Origin: Tubulanus polymorphus
Lineage: Eukaryota > Animalia > Nemertea
NCBI RefSeq assembly: GCF_964204645.1
Contig: NC_134032.1
Coordinates: 13,566,275-13,630,274 of the forward strand
DNA: 64,000 bases
Direction: 5' to 3'
Shown here: piece by piece, positions 36,301-47,620 of the stretch
Layout of the letters: each line of letters starts with the position of its first letter
How positions within the stretch are numbered: position 1 is the first letter of the stretch
Position numbers and translations under genes: made by a program
The notes under the pieces: model-generated
Told to the model about the DNA's origin: nothing
The model's input: only the letters and a program-made list of their open reading frames with translations
The model's database searches: none

Positions 36301-39300
36301 CGCGCGCTCTCGTCGCAATTTTCCCTTTGAAGAAAATTGCAAAAAAATTGCACTATTGTCAATATTTTCACCTGTATATCGATAGAGCAGCAGAAAGCAG
36401 CCCAACATATGTTTACATTCTGTTTACTGTCACTAAAATGCATGGAAATTGAAATGCACTGAAATCTCGTTATTTTCCAGATCCCCGTATTGGCGCCTTT
36501 ATTGCTCTTGTTACGTTTTGTCCTTTTTCGATATGCCCTTTTCATTTTTGCTCCTGTCGAATCTGTCCTGGATCCGTTGCCACTACAAGTATGTATAATA
36601 AACACTTTAGTGCAGGCCTACTCGCGGCATTTCGCCAACCTGATGGCGACGCTTGACCCATCCACTTTCGGGCTGTAGCAGTCCCCGATGCTTGACTCAT
36701 CCACTTTCGGGCCGTAGCAGTCCCGACGCCACCATGTTCGAGGTGAACACCCTAAAAGGAAAACACAAAAATAAGATGGCCAACATATCTACATACAAAA
36801 CACACGCGCGCGCACAAAATCTGAACGAGTTTCGTAATTACGTTTAAGCTTCATAATTAATCAAATCGATTTAATATGAAGTTTTTTCATCAGTGAACGA
36901 TTAGATGTAAGGAGATGTATTTCTGTTGCAGTGAAATTGATATATATCGGTTTTCAGCTTTACGTAATAGCGCGCTGGTGCTGAATGAATGGTTTCAATA
37001 GGTGACAAAGTAGCACTTGATATACATCGCTGCGGATGTCGACTCTAATCAAATTAGTTCTTACGATTCAGAACGTTTGATTCGAAAGCCGCCATCAAGG
37101 AGAGAGTACTTCATTATTACTCCAAGTACCGGAAACCACTAGCGATACGTTAGGTACACTATGTATTATACTATATAACAATATTACATCAATTCGCTTT
37201 TAACCGAACCTATTCCCGACCGGAAGTGTGACGTATAATATGAGCTACTTCGAACGAAATGAGCGGCGTGGCAGTGCCGAAATGCATTATGGATTCGATA
37301 TCGACGCTGGCGCCGGCGAACGGAATCCGATGCCTCCATTTGAAACATCGATTCAATTTTCACTCGTTAAAGCAAGGGAATGTTAATATTTGCCTTGTTG
37401 ATGACGCGTAATGGCCTCTATCCGTCGAGGTAGAAGGAAACCCTACGTCTTTAAAGCCGGGCCTAACGAACAAAGTTGTAGTGGTCAAAATATTTCAATC
37501 TAATGATTTGTAATCTAAGATAATTTTTCGGGAGTTTCACTTTACGTAGTCATGGTACCTCTGTTATGTTATCAGCATTTTACCTGACCCCAGTCTCTGT
37601 ATGTTCACGCTCAATGCGATCCCAAATCATATATACCCATAGAGACCACACAATATGCCATCATGGTAACGACAAACTGGTATTATTGTTCCTAATCTGG
37701 ATCTGGGCTCTCATTTGATATTTGGGCCTGCTGGGTCTCAGCGATTCTATTCCCTGATATGGTTTACGCGCTGTAATGGCAATTATCCCTGTCGCCACCC
37801 CCTCTCCCCTCCAGAATCCCTATCCACCTTCTAAATACGTAGGCCCTAGTTGATCATGGCAAATATATCCGAATCACGATGTCTCTGTGGTGAATACATT
37901 GGGTGCGGTCGGCATATTCACTCCATTGTCCTAATGAGTCGTGAAAACATTAAATTTTATGACTAGCTGTCAGTTTGATGACAGATCTCATTTTTAACCG
38001 TCGCCGAGAAGAGCGACGAGACGCACCGCCGTACCTCTCGTTCATCAGCTCTCTGAGACTAATGTGCGGTAACCAGTCCGCGCCTGTCATAGCAACCGCG
38101 AATTGGAAGATCATTATTTCCGGTCGACGATTAGACGCCGGTCGGGAAAGTCGATGGTATCATCATCTGATACATCAGCCTACTTTTTCCTTTGTGATAA
38201 AACAATATATAGCGGAAGTTTCCTATGCTTTATAAACCCGAAATGCGATCAGAATAAGCACAACTAAAAGCATTTGATTGTATGAAGTTTCGAATTTTAA
38301 TAAAATTGTTCAGTTTTTTTAAATAATTTGCACGCAGGACTTTCATATGACCATCCCATCATCACACATTCTCATTCTTTCAAGATCATTACGATTTATA
38401 ATCACCTTGCTCACTGTATATTCTTTAATCAGTGTCACTCTCCCTACAAACTGTTGTCTTCTTGAGACTATATACTATAAAATTGTATAGCAAAAGTTCG
38501 TATATACTTTGATTAAGTTCACTTTTTTACATTTAACCGATTAGACAACAGTCCTATTCTCCACAACTGTTTCCATTAGGCAAGTGGGAATACAAGAACT
38601 AAAAACAAGAGATATCGACAGGTTGTTATTATTATTAGCTTTGTTTAATTATGGAGAACTCCTCGTCATCCACCTCTGCGACGCCTACTTTTCATCCCAT
38701 AACACTGATCGTATCACTCCGTCTCCTTTTCAATTACGAGAACTCTCTCTCTCTCTCTTGATGTCTCACGCGCGACAACATCGCAAACAACCGGACACAG
38801 TCTCAACTACAACTCATTTCGGTTCATGTCTGCATGGAATCGACCGTCTCTAATCTATACATAAAACACCAACAACATTGACGATAATTCGTTTCACTGA
38901 CGGTTTGATTAGTTCTACGTAACTATCTTCAGAGATCTATTCAAAATTTGAATACATAACTACCTAGATCTCTGAAGGTGACTTTCAAGCAAAAATTCAT
39001 AAGGATTAGATAACTATAATGTACATATTTTGCGAGTTGTACATGTTTATGAATTTTCAATATCGAAAACTTCAGCGAAACGGAATTCTTAGTTATCAGT
39101 GGATTGTGGGTTTTATTTATAAACTACATTAACTGTGATTTTTCAACATTTATTTCGAGTCTTAATCAGTTTAGCTCAAGTTCAACGACGTCGATATCGT
39201 ATTTCGTTTTTAGAACGCGATTTCTCTATTCTCGAAAAATACATTCAGAAAGAAATCGTAGTTTGTTCGATGAATGGAAATTATCGCTGCGTTTGAGCAA

Positions 39301-39582
39301 AAATTGTTTAGTAATTTTTTTTACGTGCGCAAATGGATAACTCGGATTATTTCGATGCTATATTGATCCAATAATTGTCGCTTGTGTGTGTGTGTGTAGT
39401 GCACTAACGTACACCGGAAACACGCGTGCCACCATTTTGAATTTTTCCGAACTTCGAGTGCGAAATGGTCTCGTAGGAGTTGCGTAATTAAAATTGTTTC
39501 ACGTAAAAGAGATAATTTTCACGAGAGAAAAGAAAAACAAAAAATTGAAAAAAAGCATTTATTAGGAATAAAATTTTTGAAT

Positions 39583-41249
39583 ATGTTCGGAAAAGTTGAT
39601 TTCGTAGCGATCACCGCAAAAGTCGTAGCCCTAATTTTGGCTACCCTAGTTCAACCCACATCCGAACAAGAGGATTACACATTCCACAGAGTGGATAAAT
39701 CGGCCTTCGTAGGAGTGAATATTCTTCAAGAGTTTAAATCAGTACGGTCGTCTGCTCAGTGTACGGTTTATTGTAGTATGGATAAGTCATGTAGCGGGTT
39801 GCTGGTGGTAAGAAATGTCGGTCCGGTAACAACAACAACAACAACGTGTCAACTTATCAGTGGCTCTGTAGCGTTCATCAAACCGTTGAGCATTTCAAAT
39901 ACACATTACTTTTATAGGGTAAGTAAATATTTGTTGTATTAAATTATCAGTGATTTGACTCTAGATCCAGTTCCACAGTAAGTTGTGTGAGTTTAATTTG
40001 ACTCTGGGTCCAGTTCCGCAGTTGCGTGGGTGGAATTTGGATGACTCTGGATTAAGTTCTACAGTGTTGTGTGGGTTTAGTTTGACTCTGGGTCCGGTTC
40101 CGCAATTGTGTGGGTTGAGTTTGGATGACTCTGAATTAAGTTCTACAGTTGTGTGGGTTTAGTCTGACTCTGGGTCCAGTTCCGCAATTGTGTGGGTTGA
40201 GTTTGGATGACTCTGAATTTGGATGACAGTTCCACAGTTGCGTGGGTTTTCTTTGACTCTGGACCCAGTTCAACAGTTGTGTGGGTTTTCTTTGACTCTG
40301 GACCCAGTTCCACAGTTGTGTGGGTTTAATTTTACTCAGGATCCAGCAGATTTTAATTTAGTTTCACAGTTTATGCTATATGTTACTTAATTTCACACCT
40401 TTGTGAATTTTATTTGACCCCAGAATGCGCAATTGTGGCCTGATACAAATAAATGGTCTATTTCTTTTAGAAAAACACTTTGTTTGACTATTTCAGAAAC
40501 AAAAAGCATATCATGCATCTTCAACTGAGGCTACAACAACAACTATTACAACAACGACAACTATCCCGACAACTACTACCCCGACCACTACAATTATCCC
40601 GACAACTACAACTACCCCGACCACTACAACTATTACAACAACGACAACTACCCCGACCACTACAACTACCCCGACCACTACAACTATTACAACAACGACA
40701 ACTACCCCGACCACTACAACTATCCCGACATCTACAACTACTGCAACCACAACAACAGTGGTCACAACTACATTAGTTCCATTACAATTTCACGTACATG
40801 CTGATGTAAGCGTCACGCAATCGGAAACGGCGCAAATATGCGCCGATCGACACATCGCTGGAAAACTAGCTTCAACTGTGACGTCACAAGAGGTCAAGGA
40901 CGTGCGTGATTTATTGGACGGCCGAACAGGTACGGCTGTTTTTTTTTTAATCCGGCGATTAATTAATCTTGAGAATTAGAACTTTTGAAAGAACTATTGT
41001 AAACATATTGCAGGTGATTTTTGGGTGGCTGCCTACTCGAGTACAAGCGTCGGACACAGTTCAATACGTTGGTTTAACGGCACGGGGCCAGTGATAGATG
41101 GCGCTCTTTGGCACCCTACGGACGCCGAAGAGAGTAAAGTACCCGTCTGCGCTCGGTACGTCGCCATGGGAAGCGCCACGTCGTATCTGATGGATCGCGC
41201 GTGTTCTAAGAAATATCATATAATATGCGAAGTCGGACAAAGAGCCTGA
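39583..41249 (+). CDS. Secreted PAN/apple + Thr-rich mucin stalk + C-type lectin-like protein
   Basis: Exons 39583-39918, 40497-40929, 41014-41249 join in frame. Signal peptide; PAN-type C-x3-C-x5-C...C; (TTTTP)n stalk; CTLD-type AQIC...GKLAS, DFWVAA, W-x-NG, W-x-P, C...D-x-x-C-x7-C-E. Confidence 0.8.
39962..40345. repeat. Tandem array (about 40-bp units) derived from a MITE family A terminus
   Basis: About 9-10 units of ccagttccacagttgtgtgggtt...tttgactctgg. Confidence 0.8.
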
Positions 41250-42179
41250 AATTGATCCTATATGTAGACGCTAGAAAAAAAAACCGTGGAATATGAAAGG
41301 GTAAAACGCATCTAATCCTCGTTTGTCAGGGCTTTCACTTAGTTATTGTTTACCGCCGCCACGGAAGCTCAGAGAGAACCAAGCCCTGGTAAGTGAGGAT
41401 GCCGAACCCTAGGCATTGTTTAGAGCAAACCAGTTTCGGTAAACCGAGAGCTGGATCGAGACCACGCAGTCTTTTTCTAAAAAAAAATCTTTTTTCCTGT
41501 GTGCGTGTTGAATATAAGGTAACTTTATCAGTGGTTTGTTTGTAATGTGCCTGGATATGCGGATATCACGTGACCGGACTGACGCGCCGAGTCGGTGTTA
41601 TTACAGACAAAACGGATTTATCGAATGTTTTCATGTCAATAACGAGCCTGAAAAAGATGTGACTTGTACATTTCTTTGTTAATCTTATAATTTACGTAGT
41701 AGCAAGACGTAATCCTTACGATTTTCTATCATAAATTGCGTGACAACCAAACGGATTATATACGTTCCAACAAACCGCCGCCGGTCAGTCATCGAGTCCT
41801 CTATCCGTCGATTACTGTCGAGATTTTTGCATCACCGCGGAATTGATTTCATAACGAGAATGGTTTTCTTTTATTCCGCGTCAAAAAGATGGAAGCAGCT
41901 TGCTGTAGGTCGATGCATAGGATAATAATAGCGTATAATATATCTAACCTTCGAGCAAACGTCCCCTTCCTGGAATCCTTTCACCGATAGAACGACTGAA
42001 TTCATTTCAAACACTATGATCTAATGAACGCAATCATTTTATTATCAATTTAATTGCAAAATAGAAATTTATTTGTGTAATGTTTAAATGTATGATATCA
42101 AAGCTTAGAATTTGTAATGAATGGAAAAAAGCACAGAAAAGAATCGGTTTACAATATGAATTAGCTATGGGTCGAGTAT

Positions 42180-45100
42180 TCAAATGACATGAGCTGTGAC
42201 GTCATTGACATTTGTAGTTTGTTTTTTGGATTTGGTGCTAGCGCCCCCTGACGGGCCTTTTCGCGCCGTTTCGTGGTCGTCATCTTTCTTTTTGATATCA
42301 ATAGTAGATGTGACTTTCTGCGTGAAGGACGTGACGTCACTAGTCGATCTTTGTTTATCTTCCAAACTCATCGAACCGCCACTAGACGGTGCATCGGTCT
42401 TCACAGGCGATTTACCAACTGTTGGCTTGATTTCAACTCGAGAGGTCGCAGATTTTGATTTCCATTCACCGCTAGGGGTCGTAGATTTTGATTTTTCCAT
42501 ACCGCTAGGGGTCGTAGATTTTGATTTCTCTCCGCCACTTGAGGTCGTAAGTTTTGATTTCTCTTCACCTCTAGGGGTGGCGGGCTTTGTTTTCAATTCA
42601 CCACTAGGGGTCGCAGATTTCGATTGACATTCACCGCTTGAAGCCGTGGGTTTCACTTCAACGTTACTCGTTGCGGCAGATTTTGGTTTTATTTCCTCAC
42701 CAGGTGTCGCAGCAGTAACGGCAGGTTTACCCGTATAAACGACCTTCATCTGCCAATCTCCCGTCTGCGGTTCTGTGACTAGCAGTTTGGTATCTTTCTT
42801 CTTACTCTTCTTACCGTGACCGTTCATCACTGCAGCAACATTAACGTCAACATCTTTATTTTCGGCTGCTTTAACTTTCGTCTCATTCCCATTGACTTTG
42901 GGTCCAGTCTTCATTGACTGATCGGTACTGACAGATGATTCCTCTGTAGGTTCAATAGTAACGGCTGTATCTTTTCTGGATGCTGCCTTGATGGTGTTCT
43001 TATTTTCATCTTTCCTTCTTTTGGTCGAAGCATCACTGGTAATAACTCCCTCTTTATCGATTGTTATCGTCGTATTTCCTTCGTTCAAATCGATATTTAT
43101 AGCCCCATCTTGTGTCTTGGACGCGTCAGGTTTAAGAGCGGAGGACTTCGGTACGAATCCCGTCGTCGCCGGAGATGCCGGAAGTGGAATACCGGCTACT
43201 TCCGATGTCGTCGGTTTACATGTCGATATACCGTCTCCCGCTAACGATACGACATTCAAGTGTCTGGGAACCTGCGAATAAAAACTAATTTGAAATTATT
43301 CATGCATGGAAATATGTAAAATTGTTACAAGTTTTATTTGGTGAGTGTATTCAAGGGCCATTCCACGAAACGATGATTGCTTATTCTCGGTGAATTATTT
43401 ACAGCAGTCCGAACGCAATCGAGTTCCCTGATTCTCAACGCGGTGAAATATTTACAGCAGTCTCAAAACTACCGAGTTCCCTGATTCTCAACTCAAGTTT
43501 GATTTCCTGAATTTAGTTAAATCCCCTCCGATACCGATTATCAAATAACTAAAAGTATACAAACCTCCATTGTGCCGCCATCTTGACATATTTTCTTCGC
43601 TTCTTGTAGCAATCCTAAAATGTCTTCCTCTGCCTCGTCTTCCGAGTCGGACAAGTCCTCCTCACAACTATCGATTTCCGATACTGCCTGGAAATTGAAA
43701 ATCGAATCAACGTATCGATCACGCGTTTCAAATAGAAAATTAACATTTCAAATATGGCTGCTATGGCAGTCACCTCGTAATCGGAATCGAGCGCTGAATC
43801 GTAATCCGACCAATCACCATACGATTCTTCTGTGATGTCATCGTCGAAGACTTCTTCATATTTGCGTTTGTGGATGTCTATCTTACTCGGACTTGGATCT
43901 ATGGTAAAAATATAAACAAACCGATTCGTAAATAAAAAATGAGATACGTAGTGGTGATATACAAGCATATTTTTATCCAATAGTCGATTCAACAACTCTA
44001 GACCAATCGATTCTGTAGCCAGTAAATCATGACGGCCCCAAGATCTGGGTTTGAAACTTGATATTTTCTTTTATACAGATTAATTCTATTTCCACCAAAA
44101 AGTTGAATATACCATCTTTATATCTCGTCATACGGCATCACATATATCTAAAGACGGTCATGGAAATCATTGGAGGCATAGTCTTCCCTCGTGCATTTCC
44201 AGTTTTCAGAGGAGCCGTGTTAACTAGTGTTAACAGAGCGAAGATTAGTAGAACTGCGTAGGTTAACTTGATCCTATGAAAAATACGAGCTTTCGTATCG
44301 CACCTTCATCACGTTAATTGATGAGATGTTAATGGATGGAGCCGTATATATGCACTAGCAGCGAACGTTCGTAAATTTTCAATAGAATCAAGCTAATCTA
44401 CGAAGTACTAGCAGTCTCTACGTTTATCTACCTGTTTTTAGAATACGTTGAAGCTCGTGTTGGTCTGGGTTTGTATTGGAATAAGTGCGACGCAGTCCGA
44501 CCATAGTCAGAGCTGAATTCACCAATCTCTGAGGAAACGAGTGATACCGGCGTCTGATTGGTGCAACTTTGACACGCTCTGCGATCTGCTGCTCCGATTG
44601 GTGGAGATGTTCGGCCGCTTGGCGGTCAATATCTGCGGTGGCCAACAGACGGCGTTCGGATCGAGTTCGTCTGCGGGCTATCTTTAAACCACGTCTCAAA
44701 TAACGCAATACACCGATCTAAAAGTTAGAAACAGTTTTTGGAAAATCGTCAACATTACCAGTTGTTCATAATTCAAATTCTAGGTTCAAAAAAGAAATAC
44801 CATATCGATAACTTACCCAAACCTGAAGCGGTTTAATCAACAGGTAATAACGAAGAATTCCTGGCTGTTTAGTCGTCTGGCACGCTTTACTAAGAGCCTG
44901 AAAACATACGAACATAAAGGAAGATTTTTTGAAAAACAAGGGATTCTCATCATAATTGTATCTAATGCAGGTATTCATCTGCAGTCAGGACCAAGCCGTT
45001 TCCACGTGCTCAATCTCTGTTCTCGCTTTTTGATCGTCTTGACTTGGCGTGTGTTCAGGACTTCATCAAAGACATTTTTAAATTGATAATGACTACAAAC

Positions 45101-45743
45101 ACCAGACATTAGACATTTTAAAAGCCGTTCCCATAAAATTACAAATGTCTGATTGATACTTCCATTGAAGTATCGCCGGGTTTTTCCCTTATCAAAGAAG
45201 TAATTGATAGGATCTAAAGAAACTTACGTTTTTTTCAACATCATGCGCTGAGTGGGCAGGCGGGATTTCTGATTGGGTTTCTCGCCGAGTGACGTCGCTA
45301 CGCAGGCGCCGTTTGGCGAGCGGTGTCGACGACTTTTCATCCGGTTCAGTGTTGCCGTCTGGCGGTGAAATCTTGTCCAGTAAGTACTCGGATACAGAGA
45401 TTACCGCGTCCAATCCGTAAAGCGTAGCTTGGCCTAATCTTGATCGCGTTGCTGACCGCACGAGTTGACCAGACTTATTTTTCAGAACCTGTAGCAGAAC
45501 ACAAGCAATTACAAGATGAATTTTAGGATAGGTTTCCTAATACAGATGATAAATCACCAGCATACGTACCATCGCGGGTGGAGCAAGTATTTCCTTCGTG
45601 TACTGGACAACTAGAAATAAACAGAATAGAAAATCTTTTAACTCCTCGATAGAGGTATCAGTCTGTAGTCTGAAACCGTCCTCTCTTTTCTGAGCATGGA
45701 GCCAATCTTTCACATGCCATCGTAGTGGAATGAGTGTGGCCAT
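42180..45743 (-). CDS. Perilipin-like / lipid-droplet-type protein with acidic and Ser/Thr/Lys-rich C-terminus
   Basis: Exons 45743-45570, 45488-45228, 44897-44817, 44717-44432, 43898-43774, 43687-43565, 43271-42180, GT-AG and in frame. SRLGQATLYGLDAVISVSEYLLDKISP resembles the perilipin SRLGQ...GVD...SE...D..LP segment; 13-aa repeat KSKS(A/T)TPSGxE in the last exon. Gene structure is better supported than the product call. Confidence 0.65.
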
Positions 45744-46494
45744 ATCTAAGGGTAAGCACTGAACACATGTGAACTGTGGACGATCAGTTTTTGAATTGTG
45801 CAGAAAAATTCTTATGTCTATGGTGTTTGTAGTTCACTTTCAATAAAAGATTTCTCAGGTGAAGATCAGTTTTGAAATTGTTCTGTCTATAATATCTGGC
45901 GTTTTTAGTCCCGGCAATGAGCTGATTATGGTTGAAACGTGCAACATTCTCTTCTTATTTTAGATAACAAAATAACCAGGAAAATCTAACCTAACAACAC
46001 ACTTTGTAGCTATACCGTACCGATAACACCTATATTTGTGATCAAATCATGAGGAACGATATTCGACGGTTATTTCATGCCGTTTGGTTTAACCTTAAAG
46101 CACCGAGAGACGACGGGACCGAATTTCACAGCGACATAAATACATTGTGTATCGCATATATCGTGTATTACTAGGTTATATAGCCTTCCAGCGACTGAGA
46201 TAGAACTAGTACAAATATATACATCGGAAAATTACTTAATTGAGCAAGCTTCTATTCTTGTTTCGAAAATTAAACTTTTAAAACGCTTCAAATGTTAGGA
46301 AACTCGTATTCAGAAATATAAAAACAATACGTGAAAGTTACCTTTAGAATAGGATGACAGTGGTTTACTCGCGGTACCGAAAAGTATTCCAGTAGACACG
46401 GTATTGGTGCCAGTAGTCTGAGAGTATTTCTCGTCTGTTGTTCCGACACCGATCACCATTTTCACTAACGAACTGCCTGACCGCGCAACTAACA

Positions 46495-46625
46495 CTACTT
46501 CCGATCTGGTCACGTGACGACACACTCTACTAGGCGCGCAATATGACGATACAATAGTGGATTACTGTCGGAATTCTGACGTCACGGAGTTCACGGTCAA
46601 AGCCCGCTGTACGTGACGTCACGGG
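46495..46625 (-). promoter_or_regulatory. Putative promoter of the perilipin-like gene
   Basis: ACTTCCG (ETS) near 46497, GTCACGTGAC at 46509-46518, TGACGTCA at 46577 and 46614; just upstream of candidate 5' UTR exon donors near 46341 and 46021. Confidence 0.45.
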
Positions 46626-47620
46626 GAATGCGTCTATCTTTGACTAGCGGTGATTCAGTAAGGTTTATGCCCCGGGTTCGAATCATCTCCGTTCCTGGGA
46701 CTCACAATAGACAACAGAGAAATCTCAGGACCCCGTTAAACAGCCAAGGCTTTAGGCTAAACGAAATCGATTCCTTGTTTCTCATTTCTGCCAAGCTTTA
46801 AAATTGACCCGACCGGTCGCATCTAACTGTGTACGTTTATTAATCATCATTACGCGAACAATTACAGACCCGGCTTATGAGGAGGAACAAGGAATCATTT
46901 TTCAGCCATAGACGAGAGGCCATCCTAAGCTTATTTCTACAATAAAGGCGAGGCCTGGCCTCTATGGGATCCGTTAAAGAGAAAGTCAGTGCGCACCCCC
47001 ACTAGAGAACAGAAAACACAAAGACAAATCCCGGGTTCGAATCCGTCGATAAAGTACCAACGAGACCTTGGTACAAAGAGAAGAGCGAACAACTACTTAA
47101 TTATCATATTAACTTATCGATACAAAGTGTATACTTTATTTCTCTTAAAACGCTTATAATATCATATAATATATCATCATTTCATTACGTTCAATTTCAT
47201 TCTATACATATTTTCTTTCCCTTAAAAATGCAAACTATGGGTCTGGGTTTTTTTTTCAAAGCAGCCCTATAGTGATAAAACAATACAGGGTTTTTCATTT
47301 ATAAGTAAAAATATAAAATTTTGACAAATAAGATTTTTGAGTTACACAATCACGAATACATGAAAAACACACAATATTATCTTCCAACAAAATTTTCGTG
47401 TATCTGCTAAAAAGGGGGAGTTGCCCTGGCAGTCGATACAACGGCGTTGACTAGACAAGTATAAAGAGACAGAGAGTATGAGCCCGGTAAATATTGAAAA
47501 TGGCGCCTGATGAAAAAGAAACAGGGCGAAAACGACGTGTCATTTTTGTGCCGGTTTATTCACACGAATTCGCCGCTGTAATATGACGTCATCGATGACG
47601 CGTCAGGCCACTGCGACCGA

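Noticed and set aside
40480-40776. Gln/Leu-rich ORF and antisense poly-Val ORF
   Set aside because: Alternative frames of the Thr-rich mucin exon; splice phase supports the Thr frame.
44135-44255. Extra minus-strand exon encoding a signal-peptide-like VLLIFALLTLVNTAP
   Set aside because: Flanking exons already join in phase without it and it runs into a stop; no support beyond hydrophobicity.
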